Origin: Parasitella parasitica NRRL 2501
Lineage: Eukaryota; Fungi; Mucoromycota
Assembly: GCA_025201805.1 (NCBI GenBank)
Contig: MU619316.1
Coordinates: 63,011 to 127,010 of the forward strand
DNA: 64,000 nt
Direction of reading: 5' to 3'
Below the pieces are notes generated by a model. It worked only from the letters and a program-made list of their open reading frames with translations. It did no database searches and was not told where the DNA came from. Shown here one piece after another: positions 1 through 13,720 of this stretch. A program made the position numbers and the translations under genes. Each line of letters begins with the position of its first letter. Within the stretch, counting starts at the first letter, position 1.

Positions 1-190
1 AGCTATCTTCAATCAAAATTCTTCTGCATAGAAATACCTCAACTACCAAAAACTATACTGGATCATACACCGATAATATTGTATTCCATGAAGTATTTAA
101 ATAACTCTACTGATTTTTACGTTTTTTTCCTATTGTGCGTTACTAAATCTATATTTTTATTTCTGTCTAACAATATATTTGAAGTTATAG

Positions 191-1710
191 ATAAACAACA
201 ATAAAAGAGCATTGAATATCTGATTAGCACTTATCAAAAGATTGAGCTCCCGGTAGGGCGACGATGGCCGCCGTGAGCGAAGCATACTCCTACAACTTTC
301 AAGAACGTGGTGGCAAGTGACAAGAAGACTGAAAAAATACCTGACGAGTTTACTTATTCTCTCGTAGAAGAAGGCGATGACGAATATTTGGAAGAAGATG
401 ATAGTGATGATATACCTAATGACCTTACAATAGATTATCATCCAGGTCGCAGGGATTCGTATCACTTCAAGGAATATGGCAATTATGAAATTAATACTGG
501 TGATGAAAACACGGTGCTTCAAAACGACGTTGGAAGAGTTGAAGATGGCAAAGATGATGGAGAAGATAAATTTGACTATCCTGCAGAAAATATTCACGCC
601 ACCTCTTTTGATCGTATAACTTCTACAGATGCTTGGATCACTCCTGATAAAACAGACCTGGTACAACTATGCTATAACTTCAAGTCAAACACTTTAAAAT
701 TACGCAATCCTGCGGAACAGCTTTCTGACTTAAGATGTTTAACTCTTCATGATATTATTCTTCTTGATCAGAATCAACTATCTTCAATAAGTAAAGATTG
801 GAGTGTCGATTTACATAGACAAGCCATGTCCACTCTCAAAATTATTGAACCACCAAAACCAATGAATGCCACTGGCTGGTGTATGGATTTTGGATTGACT
901 TGCCACGATGATTGGATGACACAACTTTCAAAAGCTGCAACTTATCTTGTTGAAGCCATCTCTATGAAAAATATGGTTGATATCCACATAATTCAAGCTG
1001 TCATACAACTTTTACAACGGATCCCCAAATTTTTCTATTGAAGATCCATTTGTTCACAACTGTATTTCCCCCATATTACAGCCAATTTTTGCATGTGAGA
1101 CTCTTTTGCGTGTTCAATGGGCTAACAGCTACTTGAACAGAAAAGAGACTAAAGTCAATAAAGAAATCAAGGAAAACAAAGTCAATGAGAAGACGATTGG
1201 ACAGGCAAAAGAAAAAGAAAAGAAGCCGGATTTTGTGGCCAATGTCAAGGCGATAAATTCATGGATTTCTGTCACTGTAGGTGAGTTCAAAGCACCTGGA
1301 TTTTCACCGTGTTTTGAATCTGATTTGGTAAAGATTGGCAAAGAAATCCGCACAATGTTGAATGGTCTCATCTGTCTTGGAGTCTCGAATCCTTATGTTG
1401 GAGGTATTTTAATTCAAGGCCGCCATATCAGCACTTACAGATTCGATATAATTGCCCCTAAGGTATATAGAATGATCAAACTCTCCGAATTGATCTTCTT
1501 TGAGAACCTTGAGCAAATCGTTTCTTACCCCTTATTGTATCACGATTAATGCAAATAAAGCAAATTGCAATTGATAATGCCAAAAAAAGGTTGAATCTTT
1601 GGCGAATAATAGAAAGCTAAATATGAAAGCAGCCCCATTATCCCCCCAACAATCTTGGATCTCTGAAAATGGCTATCTCTTAAAAAAAAGCGAAAAGCAC
1701 CACGAAATGA
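191..1710 (+). pseudogene. Decayed multicopy-family gene with PD-(D/E)xK nuclease-like C-terminus (Crinkler/REase-like)
   Basis: ORF pieces 307-1041 and 1106-1549 are joined by frameshifts, with an in-frame TGA upstream (~274). Motif series EDPFVH..I.P.L..IF...WAN...KPDF...GEFK...DLVKIG...YRM. The 5' part probably lies outside the window. Confidence 0.55.
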
Positions 1711-2496
1711 GTTTTTTAATTTAAATCTCTGTAGTTCTTATTCTTTTTCATCCTCAAATATGAATAAAAAAAATTATAAAATGGACTATATCTTTTGTAG
1801 ACATCAAATATATTTTTCAGCTTCTATGGCACCTGCATGACGACCATCATGAGCGACTCTTGACGAAAGATGATCTCTGTAGTTTCATACTGTTGATGTT
1901 TTCCCAGTCCTTTCTCAGGGTTTTTGCTGCCTGATGGCATACAGAAAATCACCATTATCCTATTTTTTTTTTTTAAGTTTCGCATTAAAAGAAAGATTTC
2001 ACTTTGTGAAAATAAAATTTGATACATTCTAGTACTAAGAGAAATTTAGCAATAGTAATAGCTGTGGCAGATGATAAAGGGGCGGAAACGATCTGCTGGT
2101 AAGGTATATATGCCATACATACCAAGAGTTACCTTTTATTTCCTCCTGTGCTGAAAAAACGATAAGCCTAGTATATGCAGCCCGGCATTTGTCATGCCAG
2201 CAGCACCAACATCAATCCTCTTTCGTATTTATCTCTTAGATTTGTCAGAAATAAGAAATTATTTTAAATAAAATTTCGTTTACTCATAAAGTTAATATGT
2301 TTTATACATTATTCAATCTGAGACAGTGGTGCGAGGATGATAGTGTAGGATCCAACAGATATGATATGATATAAAGTTATTTTTCGGGTCGTTTTCGTGA
2401 AAACTAATCGTCCTGTAGCTTACGCCAGCTGTGTCCTGGTCCCAGCTAAACGTAATTAAAATACTGCCAGCTTTATTCCTGGAAAGGATGCAGAAT

Positions 2497-2617
2497 CATT
2501 TAACATCTGATCACCTTGATGGAAATAAAACACAGTATTGCGCAAAAGAATATCAACTACTGGCCAAATAACAACAGGGATGATGTACAGAAGTTTGTAG
2601 CGCAATGCGTATCATCG
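2497..2617 (+). mobile_element. Relic of LTR-retrotransposon (Ty3/Gypsy-type) integrase H2C2 zinc-binding domain
   Basis: With one frameshift reads HLTSDHLDGNKTQ...YWPNNNRDDVQKFVAQCVS, resembling HxxxGHxGxxKT...YWPxMxxDVxxFVxxCxxC. Confidence 0.4.
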
Positions 2618-2920
2618 ACTGTCATCGATTTAAGAACAAAACTCATTAATATCAATTATATTTATCAAGTTAACGAGCCTGTAGTATATCTAATCGGTTT
2701 GAGAAAACAAATGATGTAGCAAATGTCAAGTACTTTACGTTTTATAGCATATAGTAGTGAACATGGCGGTATTGTGGTACACCAGATACTTGTAATGCTC
2801 GGCGCTGACATGGCGTCGTCCCACCAAAGGCCTGAGACCTGACTTTCATGCTTGACAGTAGTGACGAAACAAATTTTCATTTACTTTTGACCGTCTTCAC
2901 ACATTCAAACTTGTTCAATA

Positions 2921-3731
2921 ATGACGACGCCTTTGTTCCGTTTGTCAAGACCATTCTTGAAGCCTACAACTTTGACTTTTTATAAGCAGCGTGTCATGTC
3001 TACCTTCTCAACTACGCACAACCATCTCACAGACGATTGTATTTTTTGTAAAATCATTAGGTATGTAATCCGCGTAAGGCAGATAGAGTGAAGCGTATGA
3101 CACCAGTTTAGTAATTCATTTTTTTATGCAGACAAGAAATACCTTCATTCAAACTTGTTGAAACTGAAAAAAGGTATTTCAAGTAAAAAATTCCAGTAGC
3201 CTTTATATGTATACAAAAAACATGTGTATAGTTATGCCTTTATGGACATTGAACCTCTCAGCGAAGGACATTCTGTAAGTCTTACTATCCGCAAAATCCT
3301 GTATATATATCTAATAGTCTGCTGTTGTATAGTTGGTTATCCCCAAGTGTAACTATAAGATACACACCAATGTTTCATAGTTCTAATACGTGATTTATTT
3401 AGACCATGCAGAATTTATGCACCAACTGCCAGACGATTATTTAGAGGACGCTATGCCCATTGCAAAAAAGATTGCAGTTGCCGGTGGTTTTGCTCAATAC
3501 AATGTTCTGCAGGTAAAACATGGCTCGTTTTGCTTTTTACAAGATCTGACACCAACATAACATGCCATTTAGAATAACGGGCGTCTTGCCAACCAAGCTG
3601 TTCCTCATGTTCATTTTCATGTCATTCCTAAACCTGACAAGGAAACTGGATTAGGAGTTCGCTGGAATGTCCAAAAAAAGTCGATGGATGACATTAAAGC
3701 CACTTACAACCGCATGATGGAGAAATTGTAA
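2921..3731 (+). CDS. HNT1: HIT-family adenosine 5'-monophosphoramidase (Hnt1/HINT), 6 exons
   Basis: Absent from the ORF track. Exons 2921-3060, 3132-3173, 3232-3274, 3333-3348, 3403-3512, 3573-3731 give DCIFCKII...AFMDIEPLSEGHSLVIPKYH...LQNNGRLANQAVPHVHFHVIP (HxHxH triad). Confidence 0.93.
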
Positions 3732-3823
3732 AAAAACGCATTGGATTGGGTGAAATGCGTCTCAGTCGAGAATAAAAATGTCTCTTTTTTCCTGTGCATT
3801 ACTTTGTTCTTTCGTCATTTATT

Positions 3824-4585
3824 ATGTTTGCCATCAAAAGAAGTTTGCAATTCCATCAAACGAGAGTCTATCCTCTTGCTATCTACCACTTGAAGCAGAG
3901 ACAGCCATTGAATGCTATCAATGTGAATCGAGGCAATAGTGCGTTGCAAAAACGACAGCTCTCGATTTGGACTCTTCCCAAGATCCTGCTACACACAACA
4001 AGCAAAAAGAACCGTGGCGTAATTTTGGGTACACTCGGTGTTACCACTCTTCTCAGCTCTTTTCTCGGGCCTGTTGTCTGGATAACTGTTGGCGGTGCTG
4101 CTTCATTGGTGTCATGGCGTTTGTTTAGGAAAGCTAAAAGTTGGTGGAATTATTTGACTCCATCCAAAGTGGAAGCGAATAGCAATAGCCAAGCTGAGGC
4201 ATCACTTGTCCAGGCATTGCTTTCTCGAATTGGTACACATCACGCTGAAGAACGGGTAAGAATAGAAGCTATCAAGAGCTTGAAAACCTATTTCGAGAAA
4301 TCAAGTAGAGGCAAACAAGTGCTGCAAGAATTTGGATTGGATCATCCCAATGATTTGGTATGGGAAGATGTCCACAGATCGGAAACTGTCAGATTGGATG
4401 ACGGTAAAAAGCATAGAGTGTCTGTCAATTTTTGGCTTGAAGACCAAACATCCAGCGGTCCCAAAGGCGGTAGCTGTGAGGTTACTGCTAGCGCTGTGGT
4501 GAGCGGCCAGGGCAACGTTGATTTAGAACAAGTAAAACTTAGCTCGCCTGACTGGCATGAAGACGAAGTGATTTCACTAGCCTAG
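3824..4585 (+). CDS. Intronless predicted mitochondrial inner-membrane protein, possibly Coa1/Tim21-like
   Basis: Basic, acid-free N-terminus (presequence-like), then a hydrophobic segment and a C-terminal beta-rich domain with VSVNFWL...GPKG...VTASA. Confidence 0.55.
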   Translation: MFAIKRSLQFHQTRVYPLAIYHLKQRQPLNAINVNRGNSALQKRQLSIWTLPKILLHTTSKKNRGVILGTLGVTTLLSSFLGPVVWITVGGAASLVSWRLFRKAKSWWNYLTPSKVEANSNSQAEASLVQALLSRIGTHHAEERVRIEAIKSLKTYFEKSSRGKQVLQEFGLDHPNDLVWEDVHRSETVRLDDGKKHRVSVNFWLEDQTSSGPKGGSCEVTASAVVSGQGNVDLEQVKLSSPDWHEDEVISLA

Positions 4586-5175
4586 CAAATGTCAAAATAA
4601 AATAAAAAAAATAGGTACTCCTCGATGTTCGAGTAGTAGTGCTTCAATAGCTGATTGTAAATGTCTAAAAGATCAAGTGGGTGCTACAACTCAAATGTTG
4701 CGTTGTAATGTCGCTTAGGCGCTTGCTTGATTGAGCCCGCAGTTTTGCGTGTAGACGTCGTCAGCGATGGATAAACTTGCACTACAAATAGTGAAAAATG
4801 TGTTCGTCAATCTACCGTGATAAGAAAAACGTCCGTGTAAAAAAAATCAAGATGAATGTTTGAATTGTTAGATTCTACATTAAAATTCTCAGTGACATGA
4901 GACAACAAAGAGTGAAAAGTATTAACATGTTATGCCGCATATAGACGAAAAAGGAGATGGAGCTTGGGGAAAAAACGACTATAAAACAAATTCACACTGA
5001 CTAATCTATTTATTAGCGGCCACTGTACGACGGCAATTGTTAAAACTGCTATATTGAACGATGCTAATTGTTACACATTCGACAAACGGTAGCAGAAAGT
5101 ATAAAATCAAGGCTTCCATCCCAAGTGCTCACTTTATTTTCCCTACACTTGGTTATTCCTTTCGCTCGAGATAAA

Positions 5176-7170
5176 ATGGTCTATACATCCAAACTTCCTG
5201 ACATCCAAGAGCCTACAACCGGCATCATCCAGTTTATTTTCGCTAATGTCAATAAAACACCAGAGGACAAGCCCCTTTTAATCGATGCTCTGAACGATCG
5301 CTTTATAACCTACTCTCAGTTGAAGGATGCCGTTCTTAAATTTGGTGCTGGCTTGCAGGACGTATGCGGTTTTAGTAGCAGCGATATACTGGCCTTGTAT
5401 GCTCCTAATCAGGTTAGATATGCAGATACAAACATGTACAAGCACAATACTAATCTTGCCCTTAAATTATAGTATAACTACTCAATCCCTCTTCTCGGCG
5501 CTGTCGCAGCTAGTAAGTTCTGAAACAATTGTAAATTGCATTGATAAATTAATCCGTTCACATTAACAGATGGTGCAACTACGACCGCTAATCCCAACTA
5601 CAATGTTGAGGAGTTGTCCTATCAATTGGATATAACCAAGGCCAAGGTTCTTATTTGCCACAAAGATAACATTGATACTGCCTTACAAGCTGCAGAGAGA
5701 GTTGGCATTCTCAAGAAAAACATCTTTATCTTTGGTGACGAGGCTGTCAAGGGTGTGCAGCCTTTCCAAACTGCACTCATTAGAGAGCGTAAGGCTATTC
5801 CCGCAGAGCTCACTCATGAAGAAGCCAAGGATAAGGTCGCTTATCTTTGCTTCTCCTCTGGAACTACCGGTAAGAGCAAGGGTGTCATGACAACGTAAGT
5901 ATTTTTACCGGATTATCACAATCTAGCACTCATGCTATGTAATCTTACAGCCATGCCAACATTACTGCTAATACCTGCCAATACACCGCATTAGACAATG
6001 CCTTTATTGATCCTAATGTTGATCGTATGATTGGCGTGCTTCCTCTCTTCCATATCTTTGGTCTTACTGCCATCTTGCACACTGCATTGTACTGGGGCAT
6101 TCCAGTTTACATTTTACCTCGCTTTGACCTGGTCAAGTTTTGTGAAACCGTTCAAGCTCGCAAGATCACCTTTGCTTGCCTTGTGCCACCTATTTATTTG
6201 CTGTTGGCTAAGGAAGAGATTATTCCCAACTATGATTTGTCTTCGTTAAGAATTGGTATCTCTGGTGCCGCTCCTCTCAGCGCTGATCTTGGTAGAGAAG
6301 TCAAGGCCCGTTTACCAAACCTCACGATCAAGCAGGGTTATGGCTTAACAGAGACGTCTCCTTCCGCTATTGTTGAACCTACTGATCGCACCATTGACGG
6401 CTCTACTGGTATTCTTCTTCCTAATATGCTTGCAAAGATTGTTGATGAGAATGGAAACGGTAAGCGGCATCTTGTTTATAAACAAGAGGATCTTTAGCGC
6501 TAATCAAGACATTTACAGAGGTCCCTCAAGGTGAGCGTGGTGAACTTTGGCTCAAGGGTCCCAATATCATGAAGGGCTACATCAACAACCCTCAGGCAAC
6601 TGCAGATTGCATTGATGATGAAGGATATTTTCATACTGGCGACATTGTAGTCATTGATAAAGATCAACACTTTTACGTCGTTGATCGTATCAAGGAGCTG
6701 ATTAAATACAAGGGCTTCCAGGTGAGATATTAAACGTTATGAATGATCTTTCTGGTGAGCCAAGATGATTAATAAACAAACATAGGTTCCTCCCGCTGAA
6801 CTGGAAGGTATTTTGGTATGTACATAAAAAAAAAATTCTCTAGTAAAACATATATCAACCTTGTGTATATTTGTAGCTTACATCTCCTATTATTGCTGAT
6901 TGTGCTGTCATTGGAGTCTATGATGCTGCTCAGGCCTCTGAAATTCCTCGCGCTTATGTGACATTGAAGCCTCATGTCACTCCATCTGACAAAGTAGCCG
7001 AAGAGATCATGAAGTTCGTCGCTGATCAAGTGGTTCCTTACAAGCAAATCCGTGCTGTGAGGTTTGTGGACGTCATTCCCAAGAGTCAAGCAGGCAAGAT
7101 TCTTCGTCGTTTGTTGCGTGATCAAGCATTGGAAGAAGAAAAGAACGCTACCAGTAGACCCAAATTGTAG
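5176..7170 (+). CDS. 4-coumarate-CoA ligase-like acyl-CoA synthetase, peroxisomal (multi-exon)
   Basis: AMP-binding [68 protein letters not shown]; C-terminal PKL (PTS1-type). Confidence 0.92.
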
Positions 7171-7832
7171 ATTCTATATAATAAAAAGTTAACTACTCAA
7201 ACACATACAAACCACTTTGTATGGAAAAGCATAGTTGTTTGAATTGAGGCTATTGACTCCCATATACTTTTTGATTGATGTCGAAAGAGACTGACAAAAA
7301 ATAGCTGATACAATCCGAATCTGCACGCAGGCATGCATGTTTTCGTTTACTTTTCTGATAATTAATAAAAGTAAAAACAATCCAATTTGCATGTATACCT
7401 ATACGACGTTTTTTGTTCAATCTCTCATGAATGTTTTTGGGAGTTATGACGAACCGAATCCGCGCGCGCTTATATGAGAATTGTGTGTCGATCTCTGATC
7501 TCAGATCAGATCGAGAAAACGGGAATTGAAAATGAAGACATCATTGCATTGCCTTTTGTCTTCATGGCAACAAACTGAAAGGGCTTATGACGGTATACGT
7601 ATAACATATAGTTGTTGAAAATTTAACAATCGATCTAGACAGCAACTGAAGGCTTCCTGCTCTGCCATATGTAATTTAACGGGCCTAAATTATTCCGGGT
7701 GTCACATCTGCAATCTATAATTGGGCTTTTCTTGTCAAACATATAATAGCGTTGCTATTTCAGATCAACAAGTTTCGTTGCGAAAATTCGTTTTTTTTAT
7801 TTCTTCTTCTTCTTTTTTCTCACTATTTAATC

Positions 7833-10429
7833 ATGGAGCAAAAAAATCAACAAATAATGATACCGACAGAAAACTCGGGCATTGTCGAGGCTCCCATTAC
7901 TGCGACAAATGGCTCTAGGATTTCTACCACAGCTGCTGCAGCAGATGCCACTGACACTAAAGATTTCAAAAACTCCTCGTCAACATTATCGACCGAGAAG
8001 CCGGAGACGAATGATAACGAATTGAAATCAAATGTAGCAGACGAGCAAGCAGAAAAAAAGAGATTGAAAAAGGAGAAAGTAGGCCGTGTTTTGACATTTA
8101 TCGGGTTGCAAGTGTCTCTTTTCTTGGCAGCTCTAGACAAGTAAGACGATATTGGTTTGTGTTGATTTTCGCTCATTGTTTTCAGTACAATTGTAGCCAC
8201 TGCCTTGCCCAAGATTGGATCTGATTTCGAACAAATGTCTATTGTGGCATGGGTAGCCACGGCTTACATCTTGACTTTTGATGCCTTTCGTAAGTTTTTG
8301 TTTATGCCAACATGCATGCATGCATGAGCACGTTATTGACACTTTTCCTATATAGAACCATTATTTTCCAAGTTTTCTGATATTTTTGGCCGTAAATGGA
8401 TCTTAATGTTTGGCATTGCAGTTTTTCTTTTTGGCTCAGTCTTGTGCGGTGCATCCAAGGTATGTGGGCTTTTTTTACAAGATTCTCGTACATTACTGAA
8501 TTTTATGATAGACCATGATCATGTTGATCGTTGGAAGAGCAATTGCGGGGATTGGAGCAGCTGGTATTTTTTCCATGGTAAATTTTCTATAAACATTCGT
8601 GCATGTAACGATCGAATTGCTGAATATATTGTCATAATAATATAGGTTTTTGTCATCTTCTCCGATCTGGTGCCACTCGAACAAAGAGGCACATATCAAG
8701 GGTAAAAGTTTTTCATCAGTGTTGCTGTTGCACAAAATCACTAACGAATACATATTTAGTATCATTAATGCTGTGTTCGCCTTGTCCAGTGTGTGCGGCC
8801 CGCTGATTGGGGTATATTATGAAGGCTATATTAATATATGAGTACGGAATAAGACAACTAACATACTGAATGTGTAGGGCTCACTGACTGATTACGTGTC
8901 TTGGAGATGGAATTTCTATATCAAGTAGGATAAAATGCTGATTTTATGTGAATAACAACAGCAGGCACTAATGACTAGTGAATTTTGGTTATAGCCTTCC
9001 TATCGGTGCAGTCGCAATGATTGTTTTGGTTTTGTTTCTGAGGTTGCCCACACCGCAAGGCAAACTTACTGATAAATTGAAGCGCGTAGACTACGCAGGT
9101 ATACTTGAAGCATGCAGGGAATGTGATGTATACACATATAATTTACCGTTCTGTACTACCAGGAACTGTTATTGTTTTGGCCTTTGCCACACTCTTCTTA
9201 TTAGCACTCAACTTTGGTGGTCAAGAATTTCCCTGGAAGTCAGCTGCTGTCATTGTGCCTCTTGTCTTATCAATTCTGCTGGTTGGATTGCTGGTAATTG
9301 TAGAAAAGAAATTCTCCAAAGAGCCTATTTTTCCTCCTCGTCTCTTCACCAACAGATCAGTTATCAGCGTTGTGTTGACAAACTGGTTCTTTGGTATGAC
9401 CTTCTTCTCTGCTGTCTACTACCTCCCGGTTTACTTTCAGGTCGTGAGAAATGACTCTGCCATGTGGTCAGGTATAAGACTGATTCCAATGCAAATGGTC
9501 TTGACGGTTCTTTCTACTATTGTTGGTGTGACAATATCAAAAACTGGTGTGTATAGACCGTTGATTTACGTTGGCATGGCTTTATTGACCTTGTGGATTG
9601 GTCTTTTCAGCTTATTCAAGGAAGATACGCCATTTTCTCGTAAGTATGCATTTATGTATATATATTATGGGATGTAACATCGCATATGTAATACTGCGTC
9701 TAGAAATCTACGGCATCACAGTAATTGGCGGTGCTGGCCTTGGCTGTCTATTTTCATCAACAATCATCGCACTTCAAGCGTCTGTAGAACCCAAAGACAT
9801 CGGTAAGTGTGCGCAATTAATATGAAATGCACATACTTACATTTTATAATGCAAATATAGCTGTCGTTACAGGACTGGGAAACTTTGCTCGTATTCTCGG
9901 GGGAGCATTGGGCGTTGGTAAGATACACATCCTTTTGTTTAGCCCAAGTATAATACTCACATTTGGCCATTGTACAGCTATCTCTTCAGCAGTTTTGAAC
10001 TCCCAATTAGCTCAAGAACTTCCCAAAGTCTTGCCCATGGAAGAAGCAGCCAAGGTGATACAATCGTCAGAATATGTCAACCATGGTCTTCCAGCTGAAT
10101 ATTTAGCGATCACTCTAAGAATCTATGTTGAATCGCTTCAAATGATTTGGTATGTTCTTATTCCTATGTCTGGATTGGGCTTCATTGCCTCTCTTTTCGT
10201 AAAACACCACTCTATTCGTAGTCATAGAAGAGCAGCCGAAAAGAAGGCCTTAGAAGATGAAGAGAACGCCGATGCCGCTGCTGCTACTATAGTTGTTAAT
10301 GTACCCACAGCCACAGGCACAGCCACCATTGAAAACAAACAGATCGATGAAAAGGTCCAAATTGATCAAACAGAAGATCAGCAGCATCAAGAGCCAAATA
10401 TCAAGAAATTTGAAGAAGCCGCCGTGTAA
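7833..10429 (+). CDS. MFS drug:H+ antiporter, DHA2 (14-TM) family, multi-exon
   Basis: [39 protein letters not shown]...[27 protein letters not shown]. Confidence 0.92.
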
Positions 10430-11977
10430 TTTATCTGTTGCCAATATATTCTTTTGTACACCAATACCATTTCGTTTTGTATAATAAAATAGAATCATGC
10501 AGTTTTGCTCTGTATATCCGCGCCTTGATTTCAAATGTGTTTTGACACACGAAAACTTGTTACATTCAAGGTGTCATAGTTTCCAGATGAAATATACAAG
10601 CAGATTAATCTGCGTATTATGACTACAAGTATTAGATTACTGCAAAGCCTATATTTAGCAAACTTTGTCCAGCAATGAACAGCTCTTCATAGCTTTTTGT
10701 GTGGTTCAATTGATTGTCGATACGTGAGGGAACCGTTCAATAAGAAACTGGCATTTCCACAGTTGTAACAATGCCATGGTCAATATTGATGAATTAGCAT
10801 GTTTTTAGATACGAAGAACTAGCTGATCTCATACAAAGCACACATATTCGGTATGTTTCTAGCTATTTCGCAGCTGAATCTGGTACCTGATGGCCAAAGA
10901 ACTACTCTTACTGTATCTTGGAGCTCCCAGTTGAATGCAGATGCATGCTGCATTGTCATCGTTCAGTACAAAAATGTTTTGTGTCACCGCGTTAAAGCAC
11001 CTATTTTTATCAACGTTTATTGGCCATCTTGAAATAACTGCGTAATACAGCATTTCCATGTAAACATTGTATCAAGCTAAGCTAGCCAGCCAGTAGGTTT
11101 ATCTCGATTGCTGCTAAAATGTATTAGACTTGTTATTTTAAACCCGATGCAATTTCTTTGGAAACATAGAAATGTGGGTTTTACAATGATTTTATCTTTG
11201 GAGACTTGTTGGGATCAGTATGATTTTTAGCCGGCCAAAAAGGAAGCCATTCTACAGGAACTGTGCCCTAAAATCGTATCCGGTGAAGCTTAGAAAGCAT
11301 CTAGCATTGCTTCAGATAAGACTAATCTTTGGCGTGGCCCAGGTTTGTCTGATATAACAAAATATGCTTGGATCGTAAATCCCAAGATAGTATCATAATG
11401 TGTGATAGCAATGCTATGAAGCAATTTCAGGAATCTACACGTGTGTATGGGTTAAGCCATAAATAATGTCACTTGTGATGTGTAGCAAGAAGAGAAACAA
11501 GAGTAGCAGGAGAAGGAAACAATGAATTCACATTGGTTTCGCTACCTTGCCATCACCTTGTATCATCCACATCTAGTAACATTAGCTTGTGTGTGACTGA
11601 AACAAGCGAGTATTCCAATTGACCCGACCCGAGAAAAGAACATGAATGAATGAATGTAGAGAAATAAATAATAGGCTCGTTTTAACCAACCTCGTGCTTT
11701 TTTTTCTTTTTTTTTTCTCCAATATAATATACCAAAAGGTAAATATTGGCTATTGGATGCTCTAGTGGCTAGCAGTTTTCGAAACAATCAGCCTGCACAT
11801 TGTAGGGAACGTCTCTTTGTGAGATTTCCTGGCAATGGCGGTGCCCCACTTGTGTTAAAGCGGGGTCGTTGTTTCTCGTTGATTTTCTACTTTGACATAA
11901 CCTCATTTCACACAAACATGTATATATAACTCGTATTAACCTCTCTTTTTTGTACTTCTTGCGTCTCTCCTAACAGG

Positions 11978-12685
11978 ATGGCTGAAATTAGAAGAAAACT
12001 CGTGATCGTGGGCGACGGTGCATGCGGTAAAACATGTCTTTTAATTGTGTTTTCAAGGGGAACTTTCCCAGAGGTAAGGCAAGCAGGTATATCATGATTC
12101 AACATGCAACTGATAATGTGTATGCTGCACAGCTATATGTCCCCACTGTCTTTGAGAATTATGTGGCAGATGTTGAAGTTGACGGTAAAAATGTTGAATT
12201 GGCTCTTTGGGACACAGCAGGCCAAGAAGATTACGATCGTCTTCGTCCTCTCTCTTACCCTGACTCTCATGTTATTCTCATTTGCTTCTCCATTGATTCA
12301 CCCGATTCATTGGATAATGTTCAAGAAAAATGGATCTCTGAAGTGCTTCATTTTTGCCAAGGACTTCCTATTTTGCTCGTTGCCTGCAAAAAGGATCTGA
12401 GAGATGACCCCGCAAAAATCGAAGATTTAAGAAAGACATCCCAACGACCTGTTACTTATGAAGAGGTGAATATTTCAAGACAACAAGACTACTATAAATA
12501 GACGATTTATTTTTGTTTTATAGGGCCAAGGTGTCGCACAAAAAATTAACGCTTACAGGTATCTTGAGTGTTCTGCAAAGACAGGAGAAGGTGTTCGTGA
12601 AGTTTTCGAAAATGCTACCCGTGCTGCTTTAACGATGAGTAAACCTTCAGGTAGAACTTCCAAGAAGAAGTGCTGTATTTTGTAA
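11978..12685 (+). CDS. RHO1: Rho1 small GTPase (3 coding exons)
   Basis: [60 protein letters not shown] box CCIL. Probable 5'UTR intron ending at 11976. Confidence 0.96.
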
Positions 12686-12703
12686 GATTAAAGGCAAGAT
12701 AAT

Positions 12704-13595
12704 TTATAAATCAATCGTTGGCTTTGGTTTGAACTTTTTTGATGCTCTTTCTGCTGGACGCACCACAAACTGTGGTCCATAAATTGTATAATTCTTTTGT
12801 GTTTCTTGGATGTAAATGTTGAAATTACCGCTATTTTTGGGTATTTCTACAATGCAAGTTTATACTGTTAGCTTTTTCTTGGTCACGCTGCTCTTTCTTA
12901 CTTACGTTTGAGCTTATTATCTTTGGTAATGATCTTGAACATGGATAATGTCTCTTGAATCATAATACCAGTTACACCAATATAACTTGGATTTGTAGTT
13001 TGAACAACTAATGATTTTTTGATCCGATAAGCTCTCTCTCTATATATATATGCATTGGTAGCCATAGTTACCGAAACATACCTGTCATTGTAGCTCCATG
13101 AAAATCTGCTTTAATCAATTTTTGTTCAAAATTAACTAATCCTTGAGACAGTAGTTTACTCATATAACCTTGCCATAGTTGTGATAGTGGCTCAAACAAT
13201 TTATACTGATATGCTTCTTTGGGAACATCATACACCTTCAATCGTCTCTTTTCTCTAGCTGTCAACTTGCCATCTTTTTTATTCTTCAGTTTCTTTGCGA
13301 GCTCTTTTTTATCTCCTTCTTTAACAAATGTATATGATTTATCAATATAAACAGGTTTCATCTGATCCAGTACTTTGTCTACATCAGATGAGGGTCGAAT
13401 AAAGTCATTGACAAACTTTTTTACTGCTTTCTATATCAACTGTTAACTTGTGTCGTAAATTTTTGACTTATACTTACTTGGCCTAATTTGTTACTAGTAC
13501 TACCTGGCAAAGGCTGATATACACTCTCTTCTTGTAAGAAATAGCTTAATAATGCATTTATTTGGTATTTTTTAAGCATAAATACCTTTGTCCAT
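12704..13595 (-). CDS. POP4: RNase P/MRP subunit Pop4/Rpp29 (multi-exon)
   Basis: FEPLSQLWQGYM...KLIKADFHGA...GVTGIMIQET...YGPQFVVRPAERASKKFK. Confidence 0.88.
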
Positions 13596-13720
13596 GTTGT
13601 AATGTTAAATTCGCAAGAAGCTTTTTAAGGATTCTTTGATTGATCAAGTATTGAGAGAGAAAAAAAAAAGTGACTGTACAGAACTCGTCCTCGAAGTCGA
13701 TTGCAAAGCCTACGCACATA

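Noticed and set aside
4583-4600. TAG-CAA stop-codon readthrough context
   Set aside because: Does not match CARYYA, and the extension (QMSK) adds no targeting signal.
10560-11500. Coding-like sequence upstream of RHO1
   Set aside because: The frames examined are interrupted and no family could be recognised.
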